64,000 bases of DNA from a virus: the IMG/VR virus record IMGVR_UViG_3300035698_012898, positions 14,716 through 78,715 of that record. The stretch is one strand, 5' to 3'. Positions 1-8,486 of this stretch are shown one piece after another. The position numbers were made by a program, and so were the translations under genes. The number at the start of each line of letters is the position of its first letter. Within the stretch, counting starts at the first letter, position 1. A model generated the notes under the pieces. The model was not told the DNA's origin. It saw only the letters and a program-made list of their open reading frames with translations, and did not search any database.

Positions 1-363
1 AAGACGCATACCACTTTCTAATGGACGATGATCATCTACCCATAGCTTAGCATACTGTCCTTGTCCAGATACTAACTCTGACGCACGTTTAATAGCATCG
101 TCTCTCGTAAGCTGTTCCAAGTCCATCAGCAAGCCGACAAGATTCCTCGCATATCCGCAACTGAAACAGTGCACCACTGCTTTCCGCACATTAAAGTATA
201 AATGCCCAAGCGTCCCGCAAGAAGGGCAATCCGAAATCATTTCATCAGGATTCCCGGATGATACTGCACCAAGTGTCTCCTCACCAAAGTCTATCATGCA
301 ATCTGTAGCAACCCCCATAGGCGTTCCACCAATATACATATCCGCATCGCCTACAAAGCTCAT
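1..363 (-). CDS. DNA primase, N-terminal Zn-binding domain (truncated by window edge)
   Basis: Not in ORF track. Manual translation from ATG at 363 (ATGA overlap with helicase stop): MSFVGDAD...DCPSCGTLGHLYFNVRKAVVHCFSCGYARNLVGLLMDLEQLTRDDAIKR, a primase-type Zn ribbon directly after the helicase. Confidence 0.8.
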   Translation of the reverse strand, partial: MSFVGDADMYIGGTPMGVATDCMIDFGEETLGAVSSGNPDEMISDCPSCGTLGHLYFNVRKAVVHCFSCGYARNLVGLLMDLEQLTRDDAIKRASELVSGQGQYAKLWVDDHRPLESGMRL

Positions 364-1757
364 GGTATGTAACCTCCCTTCGACCACCCTTGCGTTGGGC
401 ACTGTCGGATAGTCATCGTACTTGGGTCAACAAAGCAATCCACCACAGTTGTGTCCCCACCTCCGAGCCTGTTACCAAGCATAGCCATTCGCATCCTACC
501 CTTTTCCTTTTCAGCGTCCGTCTGACAGATACCAATTATTACATCAGCAATCATTACCTTCTGAAGATCCGCAGACACATCACTCAGACGAATGGTTTGC
601 TTTGTGTAACTCGCACGATTTGTTTGGGAGGCTGTCCAGACAGCGCAGTTGAAGTCTGAAGCAAGTTGACGTAGCTCCGTAACAGTGTGGCCTATATCTG
701 GTGAATCCCATTTCTGCTTCTTGCACACGAGCAAGTCTGCATAATCTACCAGCACCACGTCCATTTTAAACCCCGACTCTGCTTCTATTGCTCGTAGCCA
801 AACGTACAAATCCCCCATCGTTGCACAATTCGATCCCCACTGCTTGATAAACACTTGACCTTTAAGAGCTATTGTTGCTCCAGCTACCGCTGCCCTATGC
901 GCCAATGGTTCTGCCGCCAAGGCATTAACGGCTATACCCGTATGATGTCCATCCAACCGCATAGCGTAATCTTTTTGACTAAGCTCAAAGGTAGCTATTG
1001 CAACATTATTTCCAAGAGCAGCCGCAGAAGCAGCAGCTTGTGCTAGAAACAAACTCTTGCCCTTTTTAGTTGGCCCCATGATAAGACCAAGTGTGCCTAT
1101 TTCCAAACCACCACGCATTAGTTCATCAAGGATTGGTATGCCTATTGGTGCGTGTTTAGCCATCTTCTTATGCTCTGCATATAAGCGCAACTTACTTACA
1201 GGGTCATTATAATTTATACCAAGATCCTTACTAACATCCTGACCGCGTACTGCTGCCTCAACCTTGCTTAGTATGCCTGTAAAGTCATCTTGATCCCATA
1301 ACTTTACACTTGCTAACAAGGCATCACGAACACGGCTCTTAGTCAAAAAGGTTCCTACGGTTTTCTTAACGTGTTCGGCAGTTGTACCGTTCAACGTAGG
1401 CCGTTGCACCAGGTCCCGACAAACACGTATAGCGTCTTCGTATTGTCCGTGTCTTGCAGACTTGGCAGGCATCACGTTGTACATGCGGACTAACTCAGAA
1501 AGGACCCCCACGACTCCGACAGGCTTGTTACTGGATGTACCATACAATGTTCGTGCTGCATGATAAATAATTGCATGCGTAGAAATTGTAAATACATCTG
1601 CTCCTACTACTGGCAATAAGAGTCCTGCAAACTGCAAATCAAACAAGACAAGCCATACTACTGCCTGTTCAAACTCTTTGCCGTACTCACGTTCAAATTG
1701 AATAGGCACTGGGGAAGTACCTACATCAACAGGGATATTCAAATCAACCTTTGTCAT
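360..1757 (-). CDS. Replicative SF4 DNA helicase (DnaB/T4 gp41-like)
   Basis: Walker A GPTKKGKS, TFEL motif, VLVDYADLL, VWTASQTNR, ADVIIGI. Confidence 0.93.
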   Translation of the reverse strand: MTKVDLNIPVDVGTSPVPIQFEREYGKEFEQAVVWLVLFDLQFAGLLLPVVGADVFTISTHAIIYHAARTLYGTSSNKPVGVVGVLSELVRMYNVMPAKSARHGQYEDAIRVCRDLVQRPTLNGTTAEHVKKTVGTFLTKSRVRDALLASVKLWDQDDFTGILSKVEAAVRGQDVSKDLGINYNDPVSKLRLYAEHKKMAKHAPIGIPILDELMRGGLEIGTLGLIMGPTKKGKSLFLAQAAASAAALGNNVAIATFELSQKDYAMRLDGHHTGIAVNALAAEPLAHRAAVAGATIALKGQVFIKQWGSNCATMGDLYVWLRAIEAESGFKMDVVLVDYADLLVCKKQKWDSPDIGHTVTELRQLASDFNCAVWTASQTNRASYTKQTIRLSDVSADLQKVMIADVIIGICQTDAEKEKGRMRMAMLGNRLGGGDTTVVDCFVDPSTMTIRQCPTQGWSKGGYIP

Positions 1758-2010
1758 ACGCCATTAGCTCCCATCGCTTTTGCTACTTACTATCTCCAAA
1801 GTTTCGTAGCCCGCACTATATACCCCCTCATACTTTATCTCTTATATGATCTCCTTTATTGTATACCGTATACACCATGTATACTTCTTTTTTTCTTAAC
1901 AACTTTACCAAAAAGACTCTACCTATAATAAGCGTTTTGGAAGGGAAAGTTGAACAAGTATTTTTGACTAAGCATAGCTAACGTGTTGCGGCGTATAGAG
2001 TTAGCGTCGG

Positions 2011-2035
2011 AAAAATATAAAGCGGCCTTTATATT
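2011..2035 (-). terminator. Putative intrinsic terminator after the lysis genes
   Basis: Minus strand AATATAAAG-GCCG-CTTTATATT followed by T run, immediately after the 2037 stop; the stem is AT-rich and weak. Confidence 0.4.
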
Positions 2036-2036
2036 A

Positions 2037-2309
2037 TTACATTTTTCCCTTTGAAAACAAGACTTCCCAAGGCCAGTGCCATAAGTAAACGCCACCACCC
2101 CGGTAGTTCTTTCTCAGGTTGTCAATAGCTTTGTACACAGCAGGTACAATAGCCACAAGCAATACCTGCCAATTGGCTGCGAAGGTATCCCATGCAGCAG
2201 GCAAGTCTTCCGAAGCGACAACGACGGCAGAGCCCACACCAAACGTGGCGACTGCCCACACCCAAACGGCTTTCCATAAGGTTACTGCTAAGCTGTACTT
2301 CATTCCCAT
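2037..2309 (-). CDS. Putative holin
   Basis: 90 aa, two hydrophobic segments, basic C-terminus, adjacent to endolysin. Confidence 0.55.
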   Translation of the reverse strand: MGMKYSLAVTLWKAVWVWAVATFGVGSAVVVASEDLPAAWDTFAANWQVLLVAIVPAVYKAIDNLRKNYRGGGVYLWHWPWEVLFSKGKM

Positions 2310-2334
2310 GTCTCACGCTCCTTTTGTTAGTTAC

Positions 2335-3111
2335 TTACTCGTACGTATCACCAAAAGGATCACCAACCAAAGGTGACCCATAGACGCTGTTAAAGGCAAA
2401 GCTTGTATGCGGCCCAAGATGACCATCCACAAGAAGAACTATCCCTGGAAATGTATTGAGATGTTCTTGCACCAGCATGCTTTGTACTTTATCCATTGAC
2501 GCATATGTTACAAGCGGCGAAAACTGATTACGTGTTATAGACACGATACCCAATTCTGCCAGCCTACGCAAAATTACACCGGCCCCACATTGTCTTGATC
2601 GTGCTGTCGCTGCGAACTTTCCATCAGCAACGTACTTGCCTTTATCATAATGATTTGACCCAGCCCACAGGTACGGGGACAACACGTTAGGATGGTGCAG
2701 GCGATAGCCCCAACCATTGTATCGCTCCAGAATGTACAGCACATCTGCAATGCCCCAATGTGTCCGACAATGCATCCTGGTCATCCTGATAGCATCCAAG
2801 GCACTTTCTTCCCACGTGTACGGAGGGTCATGTGTCTTAGGTCTACCAGCAGGTACACGAGTTGTCTTGCCGGTCAAGGGATCGCCATTGTGCAGGTGCG
2901 CCGTAAAAGATGACGCACTTTCCATGTGGTGAAGCAAGCCAACGATATACCAAGGAATTCCCAGGATGTTCCCTACTGCGTTGTACACCTTTTGATGACC
3001 GAGAACCTTAGCCAACACTATGTTGGCACCGCTACGGCGATCCTCACGTATACGACAAGTCTTGAAGAGTATGTCATATTCCGTGCGCAAACGTTTGGTT
3101 AGGTGAATCAT
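2335..3111 (-). CDS. Endolysin (lysozyme-like, COG5526-type) with C-terminal peptidoglycan-binding-like segment
   Basis: IPWYIVGLLHHMES, LHNGDPL, ERYNGWGY, SPYLWAGSNHY.KGKYVADG motifs; C-terminal VQEHLN...LLVDGHLGPHT. Confidence 0.85.
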   Translation of the reverse strand: MIHLTKRLRTEYDILFKTCRIREDRRSGANIVLAKVLGHQKVYNAVGNILGIPWYIVGLLHHMESASSFTAHLHNGDPLTGKTTRVPAGRPKTHDPPYTWEESALDAIRMTRMHCRTHWGIADVLYILERYNGWGYRLHHPNVLSPYLWAGSNHYDKGKYVADGKFAATARSRQCGAGVILRRLAELGIVSITRNQFSPLVTYASMDKVQSMLVQEHLNTFPGIVLLVDGHLGPHTSFAFNSVYGSPLVGDPFGDTYE

Positions 3112-3155
3112 CTTATCATCTTTCTCTCGTGCTGCCCAGGATTGATATGGAATTG

Positions 3156-3500
3156 TTATTCCCCCGATGAAGATGTCTCTTGTTCGACCTCCTCAGCAAG
3201 GGCAGCTTGTGCAGCAAGTGCTTTGGCCGTTACTTGCTGCTGCTGTTGTTCAGCAACAAGGGCAATGAATGTCCGAAGCGTACGGCCTGCTAACTGGATA
3301 GTAGCATGTTCATCCAAATAGCCTCTGTACCCTCCGTCAAGACCACTAGCTGAGGCTGTCTCCAGGATAAGCACAGCATCCGTTACCGTCATGTTTGGAA
3401 CTGGTAGGATACGATCTTCCTTAGCCATGTTCCAACAGATGACACCTGCAATCGTAGCCGCAAGAAACGCCACTAACACCATACCTAGAATCTGTTTCAT
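3156..3500 (-). CDS. Hypothetical protein with N-terminal membrane anchor
   Basis: Likely start MKQILG at 3500 after AGGAG; N-terminal hydrophobic helix, Gln/Ala-rich helical C-terminus. Confidence 0.6.
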   Translation of the reverse strand: MKQILGMVLVAFLAATIAGVICWNMAKEDRILPVPNMTVTDAVLILETASASGLDGGYRGYLDEHATIQLAGRTLRTFIALVAEQQQQQVTAKALAAQAALAEEVEQETSSSGE

Positions 3501-3574
3501 CTTTCGTCTCCTTATCTTATCCTCATTGTACACAACACCTCAGCCACAATGGCAAAGGTAACATCTCCATATGA

Positions 3575-3982
3575 TTATTCTTCCAGCGCAAAAGGGTCTT
3601 TTGGTATTGTCTCTTCGACTGATATAAGCCATTTGGTTATCTCGGTTATAGTATCCGCACTTCCTGTACCCAATCTGAGTAATGCTTCACGTGCAGCAGC
3701 TATACTTTTTGCCTTGTCTATTGCTGCTGGTTCTGGAAATACGTAGGCAACCCATGCTGCCTTTTGTTCATTTGTTAATGTGGCATCCAGGAATGCCCAC
3801 ATGATGCGCCATTCCTGATTACATTTGATTTGCATGCTGTCCTCATTCCATAGTGCAGGTACAGCAAGTTGTGCGTTTGCACGACAACATCCAAGCGCAA
3901 TTGCCAGTACCACTGCTATACCAAGCACTACAGAAAGTACGCCCTTTCCACCTCGTGTTGCTATCAAAAATCCTCGTATCAT
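3575..3982 (-). CDS. Hypothetical exported protein
   Basis: Likely start MIRGF at 3982 after AAGGAG; signal-peptide-like segment ending ANA|Q. Confidence 0.6.
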   Translation of the reverse strand: MIRGFLIATRGGKGVLSVVLGIAVVLAIALGCCRANAQLAVPALWNEDSMQIKCNQEWRIMWAFLDATLTNEQKAAWVAYVFPEPAAIDKAKSIAAAREALLRLGTGSADTITEITKWLISVEETIPKDPFALEE

Positions 3983-4114
3983 TTTGTCGTCTCCTTTGGT
4001 CGCGTTATCCTCAATCATACATACTGCCTTGCCAAAAGCCAACAAGCGTTTGTAAGCACACTTACAAGCACCACTGCATACCAATGCCAACCCGTTTGTC
4101 TCCGTTGCGTTTCA

Positions 4115-6622
4115 CTACACATGCTTCGCGTGGCTCGCATCGAACCAGCTTGTCCCGTCACATACCAGATTCCATCCGCCGTATTCTGCCGTCAATGTCT
4201 CGTCGCCCGCGCCAGCATGGAGATAAATGTCCTGACTGCCACCGCCTTCCGCATGTTCAAGTATTGCAGCATTCGCTGCCGTTGCATCGGTTTTGACAAC
4301 GGTTAGCTTTTGGCCAGCTACGCCGCCCGCGAACCCGCCGATGGTGACAGAGCCGCCCGTCGTGTCAATGAATAGCGTGTTGACGCCGGACACGTCTACG
4401 TTGTCAGTGGGCCCAACCGTTGAGAATGAAGACGAGCCGGAAGCAATTGCATTTGTCACCTGAACAAGACCAGCGGCAGAAATCTTGAGGTTGGTCACCG
4501 GCACACTTGAGCCATTTAGCGTGGTCATAAATAACAACTCGCCGGGCATGTCCGAAGTATCGTCTCCGGGCGTCCCGTCCACCCTGCATTCGATGTAGGC
4601 CGCGTCGTTATATTGACCCGCTGTGTGATCGTTGTAGCCACGGAACCTAAAGCGCCCAAGAATGTCCCCGTCTACACTGACGGTTGGGCTTGCAGCCGTG
4701 CCCCTGCTTGCCCGCAGAATGACCTGTGCTGGCGAAATGCCATCGTTATAATGGGCTTGGACTTGCATCACGGTTCCATATTGGGTATCAGCCGAGATGT
4801 CCAGCGATAGGGCAGGCGTAATCCCGATGCCTATCCGGTTGGCAAAAATCGCGTAACCGTCCGTGTCGAACGTGATGATGTTCGCAACCTCATCGTTGCC
4901 GATCTGGTCGCCGCCGACCACGAGGTCATCTATCAAGGTAAGGCCACCGGCAGCAAGGAAAGTACCTCGTTTTGTGCTGTTAGTCCAGAAGTTGATCTCA
5001 TAAGCGCCTGCAGCCGATAACGAAAGGCCACCCGATGCATCAATAGCTTCAAGCAACACACTATCAGCAACATATTGATTGCTCGTAGTATACGCACTAC
5101 TCAGTGCCCACATGCTAATGTGTGCGGCGTTAGCTTCGGCTCGTACCCGTGATGACGCTGCCGTGCCAGACGTGTTGTTGTCCAACAAGATCTCGGTCAC
5201 ACCATTCCAGTCTTTTTCAACCTCTAACTCTGCGCTTGGCGTAGATGTCCCAATACCCAAATTTCCACCGTAGGTCAGACGCATTTCCTCTTCGACAGCC
5301 CCATTCTTGCCCGTCGCAAACACCAATTCCGTCTTGTTAATTGCCGCAGTAAATTCCGCATCTGCCTCTGCCCAGATGGATGCGGCAACAAGCCTGGAAT
5401 CACCTTCATCGGTCTCCAACGGAGCCTGGAAATTTATCTGACCCAACACGTTGCCAGCTACTACGTCAACGTCAGAGGTGCTAAGCGTCAGGATACCGCC
5501 AGTATTCGCGTCCCCCCGCACGTCAACCTGTGTCTGTGGCGCCGCCGTGTTGAAGCCAGTGAAGCCATCACTGCCCTGGACAAACAGTGCGTTGACTTGA
5601 CCGACGCCCTCAACACGGAAGTCAAGGTCTGCCCCCGCCTCGTTAAGGATAACCGCACCCATTGTCACTGTTGCCGCAACGCCGAAACTGATTGCCGTCG
5701 GGGTCGTATTGAACAGCGCTACGCTCGCTTCATCGTTTGTAATGGTTGTGGAGTTGATTGCCGTGGTTGCGCCGTTCACGGTCAGGCCAACGAGGGTCGC
5801 AAGGCCGGTGCTGTGGTCCATCAAAATAATGTTATCAATCAGTGCCGCACCATCTTCATCGACCGAAGCAAACTTTGTCGTTCCCCCGTCGGTGCGTAGT
5901 AATATGGTTTTTTCGTCTGCACCAGCGCCAGAATCGACCAACACCAGGCCAGCAGTGGCGGTCCCCTGTATCAACACAGATGGATTCGCGCCATCGGCCA
6001 CTATGATGCCAGCGCCCACTAAATCAGTGTCTACCGATGATGCCCCTACGTGTAATCCTACTTGCGGCGTGTTCGTGTCGATGCCTATGTTACCGTCCGT
6101 GAAGATGTCACCATCGGCTTCATGATCTGCACCGGTATCTCCGAACCCGCCACCAACCTCCAAAGAATCTATGGCTACCGTAGAAGTTGCGTTGAACGTA
6201 GAAGGTGAAATGATAACACAATTAGCCGTGTCTCCTGCACTTGCTGCCGTCGAGGTGGCAATGGCAAACACTCCCGTAAATTCCCCAGCACCAGCAGGTG
6301 TTGCCCTGCCTTTTACAGCAGACGTGGTAAGGTAGTCCCCAATAGCTGTCGTAGCGTTCATCGTAACGGTAGCATAACTACTAGGTAAGCGCACTGCTCC
6401 GGTCTCACCGTTACCTGTATCTTCCCAGAGAACACCAAGTACATATCCATTGGCGGGTGTGTCCGTGGTTTCAAATGCATTGGCTGTACCCGTGTCTATA
6501 ATAACCACATCATACTTGGATGCTGCGTCACCTCCATTTTCAAAGCGGTAAGCTACTTGTGCTCTCGCAGGTAGGCTGAAAAAGATTAACAACGCCAAAG
6601 CAAGTAGGCTCTTGTATCGCAT
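4115..6622 (-). CDS. Tail-fibre/adhesin-like beta-rich protein with N-terminal signal peptide
   Basis: Repeated GNxGIxTxTPxxxLxV-type motifs (GNIGIDTNTPQVGLHV, GNLGIGTSTPSAELEV, NRIGIGITPALSLDI); N-terminus MRYKSLLALALLIFFSLPARA|Q. Confidence 0.65.
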   Translation of the reverse strand: MRYKSLLALALLIFFSLPARAQVAYRFENGGDAASKYDVVIIDTGTANAFETTDTPANGYVLGVLWEDTGNGETGAVRLPSSYATVTMNATTAIGDYLTTSAVKGRATPAGAGEFTGVFAIATSTAASAGDTANCVIISPSTFNATSTVAIDSLEVGGGFGDTGADHEADGDIFTDGNIGIDTNTPQVGLHVGASSVDTDLVGAGIIVADGANPSVLIQGTATAGLVLVDSGAGADEKTILLRTDGGTTKFASVDEDGAALIDNIILMDHSTGLATLVGLTVNGATTAINSTTITNDEASVALFNTTPTAISFGVAATVTMGAVILNEAGADLDFRVEGVGQVNALFVQGSDGFTGFNTAAPQTQVDVRGDANTGGILTLSTSDVDVVAGNVLGQINFQAPLETDEGDSRLVAASIWAEADAEFTAAINKTELVFATGKNGAVEEEMRLTYGGNLGIGTSTPSAELEVEKDWNGVTEILLDNNTSGTAASSRVRAEANAAHISMWALSSAYTTSNQYVADSVLLEAIDASGGLSLSAAGAYEINFWTNSTKRGTFLAAGGLTLIDDLVVGGDQIGNDEVANIITFDTDGYAIFANRIGIGITPALSLDISADTQYGTVMQVQAHYNDGISPAQVILRASRGTAASPTVSVDGDILGRFRFRGYNDHTAGQYNDAAYIECRVDGTPGDDTSDMPGELLFMTTLNGSSVPVTNLKISAAGLVQVTNAIASGSSSFSTVGPTDNVDVSGVNTLFIDTTGGSVTIGGFAGGVAGQKLTVVKTDATAANAAILEHAEGGGSQDIYLHAGAGDETLTAEYGGWNLVCDGTSWFDASHAKHV

Positions 6623-6634
6623 GAGACTATCTCC

Positions 6635-6970
6635 TTATCGTCCTGGAAAAAAGGATATTATTACAGTTCGCAAGACTTGGACAAGAAGTGCTGCGCCAAG
6701 ACCTATGCCGCCCATAATAAACCCCAGTCGTGTCTTTTGTATTGCCTGGTTTGTCTTGACCGTATTAAGTCCGTTTGTGAGTAGAAGACACTGTGCTGTA
6801 CAATGTTCTTGCTGCTTGCTAACTATAGCATTAATCCGACTAAATAGCTTCTCCGTGTTTTCACGGTGGCTTGTTTCTAGTGTGGTAAATCCTGTCTTTA
6901 ACCAACCGATATCGGTTTGAATCTGCCCCAATTCACGTCCACCGTTAGTTTGCTTAGGTGTATCGGCCAT
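6635..6970 (-). CDS. Small membrane protein (coiled coil plus C-terminal TM; holin-like)
   Basis: Heptad-like N-terminal half, C-terminal hydrophobic helix LGFIMGGIGLGAALLVQVL. Confidence 0.5.
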   Translation of the reverse strand: MADTPKQTNGGRELGQIQTDIGWLKTGFTTLETSHRENTEKLFSRINAIVSKQQEHCTAQCLLLTNGLNTVKTNQAIQKTRLGFIMGGIGLGAALLVQVLRTVIISFFPGR

Positions 6971-6992
6971 TATTTATAAGTCCTTCTAGCCG

Positions 6993-7424
6993 CTATGGCG
7001 TGTCCGCTGCTTCTAACGTTTTAATACACTCCTCAATTTCACCAAGGTCAATATCGTACAACCAATCGTTGGCTCCTGTCAAGGCCGCTTCATTCCTAGT
7101 CCAGTCATACGCCGCGCCACCAGTGGCGCCATACTTAGTCCTGTCACCCAACGCAACATAGTACAAGTTGTTTGCATCACTGTCTGTCCAATTGTACACA
7201 ACGCTGGTCGCCGGATTGATGTAATAGCCGTAATCAAGAAGCCTCTCAATAGCAATACGCATGTCAGCAAGTGGCGCAGTTATATTGTAATCTACACCAA
7301 CACCCCCAAAGGCAGAATCCAATGCATCAGCATCAGGTACAGCAACACCGCCATCAGGTGTTCCAAGAGACTCAAATACTGCCTGGGTATACCCTTTGAA
7401 TTCTGTATAACTATATTGTGTCAC
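6993..7424 (-). CDS. Hypothetical virion-associated protein
   Basis: Tightly packed in the tail operon; no motif recognised. Confidence 0.5.
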   Translation of the reverse strand: MTQYSYTEFKGYTQAVFESLGTPDGGVAVPDADALDSAFGGVGVDYNITAPLADMRIAIERLLDYGYYINPATSVVYNWTDSDANNLYYVALGDRTKYGATGGAAYDWTRNEAALTGANDWLYDIDLGEIEECIKTLEAADTP

Positions 7425-7427
7425 ATC

Positions 7428-8483
7428 TTAGCTCCCTGCCGCCTGAGTTACAACAACATCTACCGGACTGTATAATGCACCATCTGCTGTAACCCGAATA
7501 GTCGCTTGCCGAGATCCACCAGTATTTGTAAGCCAATAAAACACAACCCCAAATTGGGTTGTCTCTCCTGGCCCAAGCGTTCCGTAAAGCACAAGATCTG
7601 CGCCGTCATAATAATAATCAAAGGCACTTGCGCTTAAAAAAAGCCAAGAACTTGAAGGCGTAACCCGCACCGTAAAGTACATTGATCCAATGCCGCTATT
7701 CTTAATGAAGAAATACTTATATGGCGAAAGGTCGTAAGAAGACCCTCTAGGTGCTGGAGCAGCGAAGCTGGTAGGCCAAACAACCAGGACGGAAGAACTG
7801 GCTAACTGTTGTACAGTTACCTCTGTCGGTGTGCCGACAGCCCCTGCGGCAACTACGCGGAGCGTTCCTACTCTTGTAGCCCCTGTATTCTCCGTAAAGT
7901 CTAAAGTAACTGTACCACTATCTGTTCCGCTTCCTCCAGAGGCGACAGTCAACCACGATCCGCCATCCGTTACGGATGCGGTCCACGGCATAGATCCACC
8001 ACCAGTATTCGTCACATCAAAAGTAGTTGAACTCGCACCAGCTGCTACCTCTCGGCTACTCGGCGCAACATTTAGAACAGGTTGATCAGACGCAGCTTGA
8101 ACTACGCTTACATCTATAGGACTTCCGGTAGCACCAGACGCTGTTACACGAACAGTCCCCGTACGTTCTACGCCGGCATTTTCTGTATATGATAGAGAGA
8201 TCGTACCCGCATTAGTACCGCTTGAACCATCTGTGATCGTTAGCCAGGCACCCCCTGAGATAACGGTAGCTGTCCATCCCATTGAACCATCACCGCTATT
8301 TGATACAGAAAACGAAGTTGATCCTGCTGCGTTACTTGCTTCCCTGCTACTTGGTGACACAGCAAGAATGGAAGTCCCGTTGTCACGTATTCCTTTCTCT
8401 AGAGCATTGATCCGTCGCATCAGCCCACAGTACTGCGCAGAAGTCCGACTAGTGTCCGCAAAGTCGTTTGTGTTCTGCGGCAT
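7428..8483 (-). CDS. Protein with three tandem BACON/Ig-like domains
   Basis: Three ~95-aa repeats: L.V.PSS...F.V.N.G.GSM.WTA.V...WLT...N.G..R.GT.RV.A.GA..SP.DV.V.Q.A. Confidence 0.8.
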   Translation of the reverse strand: MPQNTNDFADTSRTSAQYCGLMRRINALEKGIRDNGTSILAVSPSSREASNAAGSTSFSVSNSGDGSMGWTATVISGGAWLTITDGSSGTNAGTISLSYTENAGVERTGTVRVTASGATGSPIDVSVVQAASDQPVLNVAPSSREVAAGASSTTFDVTNTGGGSMPWTASVTDGGSWLTVASGGSGTDSGTVTLDFTENTGATRVGTLRVVAAGAVGTPTEVTVQQLASSSVLVVWPTSFAAPAPRGSSYDLSPYKYFFIKNSGIGSMYFTVRVTPSSSWLFLSASAFDYYYDGADLVLYGTLGPGETTQFGVVFYWLTNTGGSRQATIRVTADGALYSPVDVVVTQAAGS

Positions 8484-8486
8484 ACC

